NCBI GenBank assembly: GCA_017434555.1
Contig: JAFRFB010000048.1
Location: forward strand, 11,488 to 75,487
Length of the DNA stretch: 64,000 bases
Source: Methanobrevibacter sp.
GTDB taxonomy: Archaea > Methanobacteriota > Methanobacteria > Methanobacteriales > Methanobacteriaceae
Reading direction: 5' to 3'
Within the stretch, counting starts at the first letter, position 1. Every line of letters begins with the position of its first letter. Shown here piece by piece: positions 31,189-42,500 of this stretch. Under the pieces are notes generated by a model, which did not search any database, had not been told where the DNA came from, and saw only the letters and a list, made by a program, of their open reading frames with translations. Position numbers and translations under genes: made by a program.

Positions 31189-32103
31189 ATGGTAAAAAGC
31201 ACAGATTTACTTGCAATTGGTCATGCAGCTCATGATTATATTATTAGAGTACCCACATTTCCAAAAGCCAATTTTTCATCTCCGATAACTGATATGAAAA
31301 CATTTAATGGCGGTGCAGCAGCAAATGTTGCTTGCGTTGGAGCAAATCTCGGATTAAAAACCGCTTTGGTTTCAGCAGTTGGTGGAGATTTTAAGAAAAC
31401 AGAATACTTTGAACATATGGAAGATTTAGGTGTTGATACTGAATCATTAATAGTTGTTCCTGGAGAAAAAACTCCTACAGCATTTGTTTTAACTGATGAT
31501 AACTCCGACCAAATCAGTTACTTCTATTGGGGCGCTGCAAAAGAATTCGCTGACAGTAAAGTACCTGCACGTGCTATTAAAGATGCACAGGCAGTGCACT
31601 TGGCAACAGGTGATCCTGAATTCAATTGGAAATGCTCTGAAGAAGCTAAAAATGAAGATTTGCTTGTTTCATTTGACCCTGGTCAAGACCTTGGAATGTA
31701 TGATACTAAAAAATTAAGAGACGTTATTGAAAATTCAACTATTCTTTTTGCAAATCATCATGAAATCGAAAGGATATTGGATTCATTAGAAACTGATTTG
31801 ACTGGTTTAAGAGAATTAGGTCCTAAAATAATCGTTAAAACCTGTGGAGCTAATGGAAGTGAAATTTATTCCAGTGAAGATAAAATTAAAATTGATGCTA
31901 TTGACGTTAATGTAGTTGACCCTACTGGTGCCGGAGATTCCTACAGAGCAGGATTTTTATCAAGATTCTTAAATGGAGAATCATTGGAAGAATCTGCTAA
32001 ATTTGCATCAGCAGTTTCATCATTTATTATTGAGCATCAAGGTTGTCAAACTAATATGCCTAGTTTTGATGACGCTTTTGAAAGAATGAATGAGTTTTAT
32101 TAA
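31189..32103 (+). CDS. PfkB-family carbohydrate/nucleoside kinase
   Basis: GGAAANVA, AVGGD and VVDPTGAGDSYRAG. Confidence 0.92.
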   Translation: MVKSTDLLAIGHAAHDYIIRVPTFPKANFSSPITDMKTFNGGAAANVACVGANLGLKTALVSAVGGDFKKTEYFEHMEDLGVDTESLIVVPGEKTPTAFVLTDDNSDQISYFYWGAAKEFADSKVPARAIKDAQAVHLATGDPEFNWKCSEEAKNEDLLVSFDPGQDLGMYDTKKLRDVIENSTILFANHHEIERILDSLETDLTGLRELGPKIIVKTCGANGSEIYSSEDKIKIDAIDVNVVDPTGAGDSYRAGFLSRFLNGESLEESAKFASAVSSFIIEHQGCQTNMPSFDDAFERMNEFY

Positions 32104-32130
32104 ACTCATTTTACTTATTTTTTTGATATT

Positions 32131-33000
32131 ATGCACTACACCAAAGTTAAAACAATCCTATCACCTAAAAACGGAATGAATCTTTATAGAGGGTGCACTC
32201 ACGGCTGCATTTACTGTGATTCACGAAGTTCAATTTACCAGATCAATCATAAATTTGAAGATATAGAAGTGAAGGAAAACGCTCTGGAATTACTAAAAAA
32301 ATCACTGAAAAATAAACGTCAAAAGGTTATGATAGGTACCGGTTCAATGGCTGATCCGTACATGCCCATTGAAAAAAGAATAGAATATACAAGAAAGGCC
32401 TTAAAATTAATTTACAAATACGGTCATGGATTTACATGCATTACGAAATCCGATTTGATTTTAAGGGATTTGGATTTGATTAAAAAGATTAATGAAAAGA
32501 CCAAAGCGGTTGTTCAAATGACTCTAACAACGGCAGATGAAGATTTGTGCAAAGTTTTAGAACCCCACGTCTGCACAACCAAACGACGTGTTGAAGTCCT
32601 AAAAGAACTGAATGAAAACGATATTCCAACTGTTGTTTGGCTATGTCCAATTTTACCTTTCATTAATGATAGTGAAGATAATATTAACGGCATAATAGAT
32701 TACTGCATTGAAGCCAATGTTAAAGGAATACTTTGCTTTGGAATAGGCATGACATTAAGGGAAGGAAATCGGGAATATTATTATAAAAAGCTGGACGAAA
32801 ACTTCCCCGAGTTAAAAAATAAATACATTACACATTTTAAAAACAATTATCATGTTGCAAGTCCCTATAACGGAAAGTTAATGAAGATTTTTTACAAAAG
32901 AACCTGTGATGCGGGAATAATGAATAATCCGGATGAAATTTTCACTTATCTGAATGAATTTCCAGCAAAAAATACCACCAAACAATCAACTTTATTTTAA
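32131..33000 (+). CDS. Radical SAM protein, spore-photoproduct-lyase-like
   Basis: NLYRGCTHGCIYCD, GSMADPY and TKSDLILRD. Confidence 0.85.
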   Translation: MHYTKVKTILSPKNGMNLYRGCTHGCIYCDSRSSIYQINHKFEDIEVKENALELLKKSLKNKRQKVMIGTGSMADPYMPIEKRIEYTRKALKLIYKYGHGFTCITKSDLILRDLDLIKKINEKTKAVVQMTLTTADEDLCKVLEPHVCTTKRRVEVLKELNENDIPTVVWLCPILPFINDSEDNINGIIDYCIEANVKGILCFGIGMTLREGNREYYYKKLDENFPELKNKYITHFKNNYHVASPYNGKLMKIFYKRTCDAGIMNNPDEIFTYLNEFPAKNTTKQSTLF

Positions 33001-33163
33001 AAATTAATATATTAAAAATTAAATTTAACTTTATATTTATCAAGTTTTTTAGATTCTAAATCAATTAATTTAAATATTATTAAGACCTAATTAATAATAT
33101 CAAATTAAAATGATTTCGAAATCAAATAATATTGATTAAATTAAAAATTAATTGAGTGATAAT

Positions 33164-34462
33164 ATGACACAAATTAGTGATGCAAAAAAAGGCATTTTAA
33201 CTGAAGAAATGAAACATGTTGCAAAAATAGAAAATGTTTCAGAAGATTTTATTTTAAAATCAGTAGCCCAAGGGACTATTGTTATCCCAAGTAACGTTAA
33301 CAGAGATATTGAAGCTGCAGGTATCGGTGCAGGACTTAGAACAAAAGTAAACGCAACTGTCGGAACATCCACAGATATTGTAAACTTTGATGAAGAAGTC
33401 GAAAAAGCACAAATTGCTATTGACAACGGCGCAGACTGTTTAATGGAATTAAGTATCGGTGGAGACCTCGATGTAATAAGAAACAGAGTACTTGACATGT
33501 CCCCACTTCCTGTAGGTTCAGTGCCAGTTTATCAGGCAGCTATCGAAACCATAAGAGAAGAAGGTTCCGTTATCTACATGGACGAAGACGTATTATTTAA
33601 AACCATCGAAAAACAAGCAAAAGATGGTATTGACTTCATGGCTGTCCACAGTAGTATCAACATTGAAACATTGACCAGACTCAAAAGACAAGGCCGTGTA
33701 ACCGGACTCGTTTCAAGAGGTGGATCATTCATGTCCGGATGGATTGTAGAAAACGAAAAAGAAAATCCATTATATGAAAACTTCGATTATGTTTTAGAAA
33801 TTGCAAAAGAACATGATGTCGTGCTTTCCCTTGCAAACGGTATGAGAGCAGGTTCAATTGCTGATTCAACCGACAGGGCACAAATACAAGAATTGATTAT
33901 TTTAGGAGAATTAATTGACAGATCCCGTGAAGCTGGAGTACAATGTATGATTGAAGGACCAGGTCACATCCCAATTAACGAAATCCCTACAAACGTAATG
34001 ATTCAAAAGAAAATGTGTTCAAATGCACCATTCTATATGTTAGGACCTATTGTATGTGATGTAGCCCCAGGTTATGACCACATCGTATCTGCAATCGGAG
34101 CAGCATCCTCTGCAAAAGCTGGAGCAGACTTTATCTGTTACGTTACCCCTGCAGAACACTTAGCACTTCCTTCCCCACAAGATGTAAAAGAAGGAGTTAT
34201 TGCAACAAAAATAGGTGCTTATGCTGGAGATTTAGCTTCAGGTCAAATCGATGGTTCACAAGACTTGGCAATGGCTGAAGCAAGAAAAAGATTAGATTGG
34301 GAAGCACAATATGAATGTGCAATGTTTCCTGAAGCTGCACGTGCAAAAAGGGATGAAAGACCTCCTGAAGAAGAAGACACATGTACCATGTGTGGAAACT
34401 ACTGTGCAGTAAAAATCGTTAACGAATGGTTAGATAAATCAGATTCTGACTTAATCAAATAG
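33164..34462 (+). CDS. thiC: ThiC-family radical SAM enzyme (HMP-P synthase or Bza-type 5-hydroxybenzimidazole synthase)
   Basis: [39 protein letters not shown] and CTMCGNYC. Start at ATG 33164. Confidence 0.8.
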   Translation: MTQISDAKKGILTEEMKHVAKIENVSEDFILKSVAQGTIVIPSNVNRDIEAAGIGAGLRTKVNATVGTSTDIVNFDEEVEKAQIAIDNGADCLMELSIGGDLDVIRNRVLDMSPLPVGSVPVYQAAIETIREEGSVIYMDEDVLFKTIEKQAKDGIDFMAVHSSINIETLTRLKRQGRVTGLVSRGGSFMSGWIVENEKENPLYENFDYVLEIAKEHDVVLSLANGMRAGSIADSTDRAQIQELIILGELIDRSREAGVQCMIEGPGHIPINEIPTNVMIQKKMCSNAPFYMLGPIVCDVAPGYDHIVSAIGAASSAKAGADFICYVTPAEHLALPSPQDVKEGVIATKIGAYAGDLASGQIDGSQDLAMAEARKRLDWEAQYECAMFPEAARAKRDERPPEEEDTCTMCGNYCAVKIVNEWLDKSDSDLIK

Positions 34463-34490
34463 ATTTTTTAATCTATTTCTTTTTTATTTT
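34457..34490 (+). terminator. Hairpin containing the thiC stop, followed by a T-tract
   Basis: AAATAGATT-TTTT-AATCTATTT, then CTTTTTTATTTT. Confidence 0.6.
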
Positions 34491-34543
34491 TATATATTTT
34501 AATTTACATATCACTAATTAAAAGAACTTATTTTCAAGGTGAT

Positions 34544-35734
34544 ATGATGGGCGAAAGTAAGGAAAAATTACTAGAAAAAATAGAAACTCTCGAAAATGAA
34601 AATAAAACTCTAAAAGAAGAAAAATCAGAGAGTAATAAAAAATTAAGAAGTCTTGAAACTAAAGAACTCAAACAAAATATTAGCAATCGCCAATTAGAAG
34701 GAAAAATCAAAGAATTGAAGGGAGAAATCAATTCCTTTAAAAAGACACCTCTGATTCTTGCAACAATAACTGAAGTTTTTGATGACAATAGGGTTGGAAT
34801 CAGAGGTCATGTAGGTCATGACTTTGTTGTTACTTATCCCGGATCAATTGATAAGGAAAAGGTTGTTGCCGGAGCCAGAGTGTCCCTAAATCAGGATACT
34901 TTAGCTGTTGTTGAAGTTCTTCCATCCAAAAAGGAAGCAGACATCATGGCCATGGAAATTGAAGAAAAGCCGGATATTGACTATGATGATATCGGAGGGC
35001 TTGAAAAGGCAATTGTTGAGGTTAAAGAAACCGTAGAACTTCCAATCAAAAAGCCGGAACTCTTTAAAGAGATTGGAATTGATCCTCCTAAAGGAATTCT
35101 ATTATACGGACCTCCGGGAACCGGTAAAACATTGCTTGCAAAGGCCGTGGCCAACCAGACGGATTCAACATTTATAAAGCTTGTGGCATCAGAATTTGTA
35201 AACAAATTTTTAGGAGAAGGTGCAAGATATGTAAGGCAGGTTTTCGAACTTGCAAAAGAAAAGGCACCTGCAATAATATTTATAGATGAAATTGATGCAA
35301 TAGGAGCAAAAAGAACCCATGAATCACAAGGAGCAGACAGAGAAGTTCAGCGAACTTTAATGCAGTTGCTCTCAGAGCTTGACGGGTTTGAATCAAGAGG
35401 CAATGTTGGAATAATAGCTGCAACAAACCGTCCGGACATATTGGATGATGCATTGATAAGGCCCGGAAGATTTGACAGGGCAATTGAAGTGCCTATCCCA
35501 GATAAGGAAGGAAGAACAAAGATTCTGGAAATTCACACACAAAAGATGAAAATTGATGAAAAAATCGATTTTGACTCAATTAGCGAATTGACTGAAGGCT
35601 TTTCCGGAGCAGACCTTAAAGCAATATGTACCGAAGCGGGAATGTTTGCAATAAGAGCCGAGAGGAAAAAAATTATTTCAAAAGACTTTATGGATGCAAT
35701 CGATAAGATTATTGAATCGGCGAAAATGCAATGA
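34544..35734 (+). CDS. pan: Proteasome-activating nucleotidase (PAN)-like AAA+ ATPase
   Basis: N-terminal coiled coil and OB domain, GPPGTGKT, KFLGEG, FIDEIDAIG and RPGRFDR. C-terminus ESAKMQ has no HbYX motif. Confidence 0.8.
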   Translation: MMGESKEKLLEKIETLENENKTLKEEKSESNKKLRSLETKELKQNISNRQLEGKIKELKGEINSFKKTPLILATITEVFDDNRVGIRGHVGHDFVVTYPGSIDKEKVVAGARVSLNQDTLAVVEVLPSKKEADIMAMEIEEKPDIDYDDIGGLEKAIVEVKETVELPIKKPELFKEIGIDPPKGILLYGPPGTGKTLLAKAVANQTDSTFIKLVASEFVNKFLGEGARYVRQVFELAKEKAPAIIFIDEIDAIGAKRTHESQGADREVQRTLMQLLSELDGFESRGNVGIIAATNRPDILDDALIRPGRFDRAIEVPIPDKEGRTKILEIHTQKMKIDEKIDFDSISELTEGFSGADLKAICTEAGMFAIRAERKKIISKDFMDAIDKIIESAKMQ

Positions 35735-35823
35735 AAAAATTTAATCTTTTTATATTAATAAAAACATAATAAAGATATTAACTTATTTTTATGATAATTT
35801 TTTATTAAATAACGGTGAATTAG

Positions 35824-37407
35824 ATGACACATTGGATTGAAAATATAGCTAATGAATTAATTGAAAGAGATGTAGAAGAGCATGTAATATCCAGTGGAAC
35901 CTCAATATCCGGTTCAATACACATTGGAAACTCATGCGACATATTTATAGCAAATGCAATAGGCAAAAAATTAAGAGAAAAAGGTAAAAAGGCAAAAACA
36001 ATCTGGATTGCAGACGATCACGACCCACTTAGAAAAGTTCCATACCCACTTCCCGAAGATTATGACAAATACCTGGGTATGCCATACTCCACAATTCCAT
36101 GCCCTGACGGATGTTGTGATAACTTTGTAGAACATTTCGAAAAACCATTATTAAACGTTATTGAAGACTACGGTATTGAAATGGAAGCAAAATCCGGTTT
36201 TGAAATGTATAAAAGTGGAGTTTATAATGATTACATAAGAACCGCATTTGAAAATGTTGATGAAATTAAAGAAATCTTCAACGAATACAGAAGAGAACCA
36301 TTGGCAGATGACTGGTTACCATATAATCCGATTTGTGATGAATGTGGACGTGTCAATACAACTTATGCTTATGATTACGATGGAGACATTGTTAAATACA
36401 GATGTGAATGTGGCCATGAAGGTGAAATGGACATTAAATCCGGAAACGGTAAATTAACCTGGAGAGTAGAATGGGCTGCAAGATGGAAAATATTTAAAAC
36501 TACCTGCGAACCCTTTGGAAAGGACCATGCTGCAAGCGGGGGATCCTATGACGTAAGTAGTGTGATTTCAGAAAAAATCTTTGATTATCCTGCACCTTAT
36601 CCAGTTCCATACGAATGGATTACACTCGATGGTGAAGCAATGAGTAAATCACACGGAGTATTTTTTGCACCTGAGGAATGGTTAAAAATTGGTCCTGCAG
36701 AAAGTCTTAACTATTATTTATTCAGGTCAAAACCTATGAAAGCAAAAGATTTCTCACCAAAAATGCCTTATTTAGATTTCATTGATCAGTTTGATAAAGT
36801 GGAAAAGGTATTTTATAATGAAGAAGAAGCTCCATCAGAAAAAGAAGATAAAAAATTCAGAGAAATCTATGAAATCTCCCAAATCAATGTTGGTGAGCCA
36901 CTTCCATTCAGACCGCCATTCAGATTTTTGGTTAACGCATATCAAATAGCAGGCGATGATTTAGAGAAAATATTTGGAATTTTAAAAAGAAATGCACAAT
37001 TAACCAAAAGCTTTGAAGACAAAGAATTCAGTGATTTGAACGAATCTGAAATGGCACAATACCAGGAGCGTATTGATAACGTTAAATACTGGTTGGATAC
37101 ATATGCTCCAAAATTCGTTAAATTCCAAGTTCAGGAAAAAAGCGTTCCTAAATTACCACTTAGCGAAGAACAAGATCAGTTCTTAAGCGATTTGGCAACA
37201 TTAATTGAAACCACTGAATTTAAGGATGCAACCGAATTACATGATGCAATGTATGAAATATTGGAAGGTCAAGGTTTAAAACCACAAAAAGGTTTCCAAG
37301 CAATCTATAAAATGATACTTGGTCAAAAACAAGGCCCTAGAGCAGCATCATTCTTATTATCCCTAGATAAAGATTTTGTTGTTAAAAGACTAAGAAAAGA
37401 AGCTTAA
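35824..37407 (+). CDS. lysS: Class I lysyl-tRNA synthetase
   Basis: [22 protein letters not shown] and QGPRAASFL. Confidence 0.96.
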   Translation: MTHWIENIANELIERDVEEHVISSGTSISGSIHIGNSCDIFIANAIGKKLREKGKKAKTIWIADDHDPLRKVPYPLPEDYDKYLGMPYSTIPCPDGCCDNFVEHFEKPLLNVIEDYGIEMEAKSGFEMYKSGVYNDYIRTAFENVDEIKEIFNEYRREPLADDWLPYNPICDECGRVNTTYAYDYDGDIVKYRCECGHEGEMDIKSGNGKLTWRVEWAARWKIFKTTCEPFGKDHAASGGSYDVSSVISEKIFDYPAPYPVPYEWITLDGEAMSKSHGVFFAPEEWLKIGPAESLNYYLFRSKPMKAKDFSPKMPYLDFIDQFDKVEKVFYNEEEAPSEKEDKKFREIYEISQINVGEPLPFRPPFRFLVNAYQIAGDDLEKIFGILKRNAQLTKSFEDKEFSDLNESEMAQYQERIDNVKYWLDTYAPKFVKFQVQEKSVPKLPLSEEQDQFLSDLATLIETTEFKDATELHDAMYEILEGQGLKPQKGFQAIYKMILGQKQGPRAASFLLSLDKDFVVKRLRKEA

Positions 37408-37790
37408 ATTAAGCTTCTAAATTCTTTTTTTATTAAAATTTCATCATCATTAGAGACAATTTGATAATCTAATTTCTTAAATATTTCCAAAGCCAAATCA
37501 TCATCTTCCAAAGATACATAAGACGCCTTAAAGTCAAAATCAATAGCTATCTTTTCAAGTTGCTTAATCAATTTATAGGATAGTTCTTCCCGATTTTTCA
37601 TTGAATCTATGAATAGGCTATTAATTTCAATGGATTGTGCATCATAAACTTTAAAGCTTGCACATCCAACAGTTGATTCATAATTATTTAAAAGTAAAAC
37701 TACCTGAGGCTCATCCAAAATACATCCGAAGGATTTGCAAAATTCCATAAACCTTTCGTCTCTCTCATCAGTCACTATTACTTCCATCAT
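37404..37790 (-). CDS. GNAT-fold-like protein (degenerate)
   Basis: TVGCASFK...IEINSLFI...LIKQLEKIA pattern; start overlaps the deaminase gene. Confidence 0.55.
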   Translation of the reverse strand: MMEVIVTDERDERFMEFCKSFGCILDEPQVVLLLNNYESTVGCASFKVYDAQSIEINSLFIDSMKNREELSYKLIKQLEKIAIDFDFKASYVSLEDDDLALEIFKKLDYQIVSNDDEILIKKEFRSLI

Positions 37791-38256
37791 TGGCCTCCGT
37801 AGTGTTTCCTACCTTTGCAAGTTCTTCGTCCCAAATTTCTGAATTATTGCAGGTAAATTTTAAAAACAGGTCCCTGCATCTCAAATCATTTAAAACAACG
37901 ACTTCAACATCATTACATTTGAGCAAGTTTTCTGCACCCATCAGCGTAGTATTTTCGCCGATTACCACACGTGGAATGTTATACAATATTACTGCACCGG
38001 AACACATCGGACAGGGAGAAAGAGTTGTATATAATGTGCATTTACGATAATCTTCATAATCAAGACGGCCTGCGTTTTCAATTGCATCCATCTCAGCATG
38101 TAAAATCACAGAATCATTTTGAATTAACCTATTGTGACCTTTAGATATTACTTCATCATCTTTTACAAGGACAGCACCTATTGGAATGCCCCCTTCATCT
38201 AAAGATTTTTGAGCTTCCCTAATAGCTAATTCCATGAAATAAGAATCATTATTCAT
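37768..38256 (-). CDS. Zn-dependent nucleoside/cytosine deaminase (CDA superfamily)
   Basis: EGGIPIGAVL, HAEMDA and LSPCPMCSGA. Confidence 0.88.
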   Translation of the reverse strand: MNNDSYFMELAIREAQKSLDEGGIPIGAVLVKDDEVISKGHNRLIQNDSVILHAEMDAIENAGRLDYEDYRKCTLYTTLSPCPMCSGAVILYNIPRVVIGENTTLMGAENLLKCNDVEVVVLNDLRCRDLFLKFTCNNSEIWDEELAKVGNTTEANDGSNSD

Positions 38257-38294
38257 AAAAAAAGAATTTATAGATGATTATTGATTAATCATCT

Positions 38295-39329
38295 TTATTT
38301 AAATCTGTCAAAGAAACCGCCTTTATCGGATTTCTTTTCAGAATCATTTTTTAATCTTTCAATCTGGTTTCTTAAATCAGCAATAGTCTTTTGAGATTCA
38401 TTAGATAACTTATCATAATTACTTTGCTTAATTTTTAACTCAGATTTAAGAGATACGATTTCATCTTTTAATTTGTCAATGGATTTTTTAGCATTTTCAT
38501 CGACTTCTTCTTTATAGTCACCCATTTCAATGAGTTTTTTCCTTAAATCATCAACTTCAGCTCTGAGTTCTTCATTTTGCTTTTTAGTATCATCCAATTC
38601 ATCATTAGACGTTTTTAAATCATCTCTTAAATTTTGATTGATTTTTTCTAATTCATCAACATCAGAAGCTTCCAAATTACTGATTTCTACTTCCAAAGAT
38701 TTGATTTTTTCTTCATAATCATCTCTAATTGATTGTAATTCAGATTCTAATCTGTCGCTTCTTGCTTTGCTAACTGCATTATCTGCACCTAACTCACCAA
38801 TACGATTACTTAAATCTTCATTAATATCTAGTTGATCATAATATTTTCTAGAAGTTTTATCTAAAGCATTAGTTAATTCAACTTTTAGTGATTTTAAACT
38901 AGAATTTTCCTTTTTAAGGTCAGGAATAATAGTATTAGTTAAATAATTTAATTCATTTGATTGATTTTTTAATTTTGATTCCTTTTCTTTCAACTCATCT
39001 TTTAACTGAACTAATTCAGAATCATCTTCTTTAGGTTCCTCAACAACCTCTTCAACCGCTTCAACAACAGGCTCTTCAACAACCTCTTTTTCAGCAGCTT
39101 CTTCTTCTGCAGGTTCTTCAACAGTTTCTTCCACAACAACCTCTTCAACCGCTTCAACAGGTTCTTCTACGGTTTCTTCTACTGGAGGCATAGCTTCAGG
39201 AACAGGTTTTTTATTTTCTTTTTTAATTTCAACAGTAGTTGAAGGTTCTTTTTTAGAGTTATTACCTAATTTAGTAAAATCTAACTTTATTTTATTTCCA
39301 TACAATTTATTTACTGGTTCATCAGCCAT
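38295..39329 (-). CDS. Coiled-coil protein with acidic E/V/P-rich linker
   Basis: EEPVEAVEEVV repeats, a long heptad region and C-terminal GGFFDRFK. Confidence 0.75.
   Translation of the reverse strand: MADEPVNKLYGNKIKLDFTKLGNNSKKEPSTTVEIKKENKKPVPEAMPPVEETVEEPVEAVEEVVVEETVEEPAEEEAAEKEVVEEPVVEAVEEVVEEPKEDDSELVQLKDELKEKESKLKNQSNELNYLTNTIIPDLKKENSSLKSLKVELTNALDKTSRKYYDQLDINEDLSNRIGELGADNAVSKARSDRLESELQSIRDDYEEKIKSLEVEISNLEASDVDELEKINQNLRDDLKTSNDELDDTKKQNEELRAEVDDLRKKLIEMGDYKEEVDENAKKSIDKLKDEIVSLKSELKIKQSNYDKLSNESQKTIADLRNQIERLKNDSEKKSDKGGFFDRFK
39041..39159. repeat. 26-bp direct repeat in the acidic linker
   Basis: CAACAACCTCTTCAACCGCTTCAACA at 39041-39066 and 39134-39159. Confidence 0.8.
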
Positions 39330-39538
39330 TATATCACCATTAAAAGCAATAAAAAATTTTCAAATTCGACAGTCTATGTAAAATAAACATTTCTTTTTTA
39401 ATATATTTAAATCTTATTTAAAAAAAAAATTCATATATAAAGGATTCATTTTTTCACACTTGTGCACTTCCCCAAATTTAATATAGTCCGAAATATACAT
39501 ATAATAACTAACTAATTTTAAAAAACCACGGCGATATT

Positions 39539-42500
39539 ATGGATTATTTTGATAGATTAGAAGCTGAAACGCATGCATTATATAAAATAGCTAATGAAGC
39601 TCGCTCCAAAGGACTGGATGTTGAGACAAAAACAGAAGTTCCATTAGCAAAGGATTTAGCTGAAAGAGTTGAAGGGCTAGTTGGTCCTGAAGGTGTAGCT
39701 AAACGTATAAAAGAATTAGAGGAAGATATGACAAGAGAAGAAGTTGCCTTTGAAATAGCAGCGGAAATCGCATCTTCCAAATTTGAACTGACCGGTGAAA
39801 AAGCAGACTATGATGAGGAGCAAAGATGTGACCAAGGTTTAAGAACCGCACTTGCAATCCTAACTGAAGGAGTAGTAGCCGCACCCCTAGAAGGTATTTC
39901 ACAGGTTAAAATCAAAAATAATCCAGATTCATCAAAATATATTGCCGTTTATTTTGCAGGACCAATCAGAAGTGCTGGAGGTACTGCTGCTGCCCTTGCA
40001 GTTTTACTTGGAGATAAAATTAGAAGAGCTATTAACATTGATGAATTCAAACCTATTGATGATGAAATAGAGCGTTATGTGGAAGAAGTTGAACTTTACG
40101 AATCTGAAGTTACCAACCTTCAATATTCACCAACTCCTGAAGAAGTCAGATTCGCTGCAAATCACATCCCTGTTGAAGTTACCGGTGAACAGACTGATGC
40201 AGTTGAAGTATCACACAGGGATTTGGAACGTGTAGAGACAAATAACATTCGTGGAGGAGCATTATTGGCTATGGTTGAAGGAGTAATCCAAAAATCCAAA
40301 AAGATTCACAAAATTTCAAATACCCTCGGCCTTAATTGGGAATGGCTCACAGAATATTCCAAGCCTAAAAGCGAAGAATCCTCCGATTCATCTGAAGAAT
40401 CCGAAATTGTTCATGAACCTAAATATATTCAGGATATCATTGGCGGAAGGCCTGTTTTAGGCCATCCTTCCGAAAAGGGAGGTTTCAGATTAAGATATGG
40501 CAGATCAAGAAATACCGGTCTTGCTACAATGGGAGTTCACCCTGCAACAATGGCACTCCTTGAGTTTTTAGCTGTAGGAACACAACTTAAAATTGAATAT
40601 CCCGGTAAAGGAAACTGTGTAGTTCCTGTAGATTCAATCGAAGCACCTACAGTTAAGCTTAAAAACGGCGATGTTGTAATTATCAACAGCGTAAAACAGG
40701 CCAGGGAACTTAAAAAGGATGTTGTTGAAATCCTATTTTTAGGAGATATGCTTGTTGCATTCGGAGAATTTTTAAGAAACAACCAGCCGTTATATCCATC
40801 AGGATGGTGTGAAGAATGGTGGATTGGACTTTTAAAGCAAAGTGAAAATTACTCAGAAGATGACGGATTGGATTTGGGCCGTCTTGAATATGATTATCTT
40901 CCGGCTAAAGAAGCATTCGAATTATCCAAAAAATACAATATTCCTCTTCATCCAAAATACACATACTGCTATAATGATGTGACCATTGAAGATTTAAATT
41001 CATTATATGACCTGTTGATTGAAGGCAAAGGCACCTACAGCAATGAGGAAGGACTTAAATTAAAGTTATCATATCCAAAAAGAACTCTTGAAATGATTGG
41101 AGTGCCACACATTGTAAGAGATAATCAGATAATAATCGATGCAGACAACTCATTTGCACTTCTTGCAACATTAAAAGACAGGTTGCCTAAAAAAGATACC
41201 ACAATTGAGGCTTTAAATGAAATAACAGATATAGAAATTAAAAACAAGGCTCCCTCATATATCGGTACCCGTGTAGGAAGGCCTGAAAAATCAAAGGAAA
41301 GATTGATGAAGCCAGCGCCTCACGGATTGTTCCCGATTGGAAATTATGGTGGAGCTCAAAGGCTTGTTGCAAATGCTGCTAAAAAAGGTACAATAGAAGT
41401 TGAATTGTCAAGAAGAAAATGTACTAATCAGGACTGCAGGCTGATGTCTTTCAATTCAATCTGTCCTAAATGCGGTGCACCGACAGAAATGGGAAGACCT
41501 GAACATAAAAAAATCAACTTATCATCAATGCTTAAAAAGGCATCCGACAATGTCAATGTAAGAAAAGTTGATAAATTCAAAGCCGTTGTAGGTATGATTT
41601 CAGAGTCTAAACTCCCAGAACCATTGGAAAAAGGAATATTAAGGGCTAAAAATGAAGTATTTACATTTAAAGATGGAACAATACGTCACGATTCAACAGA
41701 TTTACCTTTAACCCATTTCATCCCTAAAGAAATTGGTGTGAGTGTTGAAAAGCTTTTAGAAATGGGTTATGAACATGACTGTTATGGAAATCCTATTGAA
41801 AATGAAAATCAGATAATTGAACTTAAGGTTCAGGATGTCGTTATTTCCGATAACTGTGCCGAATATCTGATTAATACTGCCCATTTTATTGATGATGAAC
41901 TGACCAGGTTCTATGGAATGGAAAGCTTTTATAATGTTAAAAGCAAAAGCGATTTGATTGGTCATTTGATTGCGGGACTTGCTCCCCACACGTCTGCAGG
42001 AGTTTTAGGCCGTATTGTCGGTTTTACAAAAGCTCTGGGTTGTTATGCTCATCCTTACTTCCACTCAGCAAAACGTAGAAACTGTGACAGTGACGAAGAT
42101 GCGATCATGCTGCTTTTAGACGCTTTGATTAACTTTTCAAAAACATATTTACCAAATACAAGAGGAGGAAGTATGGATGCTCCATTGGTTTTATCTTCAA
42201 GAATTGACCCTGAAGAGATTGATGACGAATCACATAACCTGGACATTTATGAACGCTTCCCTGTTGAATTTTATGACAAGACAAAGGATCCTTTAAAGCC
42301 TGCTGAAGTTTTGGATTTGATTGACAATGTTGAAAAGCATTTGGGAACACCTGAGCAGTATGAAGGGTTAATGTTTTCCCACCATACTTCAAGCATACAT
42401 TCAGGACCTACACTCTGTCTTTATAAACGATTGCCGTCAATGAAAGAAAAAGTGGAAGCTCAAATCGAACTTGCTGAAAAAATCAGGGCTGTTGATCAGC

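Noticed and set aside
33001-33163. TPP or cobalamin riboswitch upstream of the thiC-like gene
   Set aside because: Almost pure A/T, with no riboswitch core motifs.
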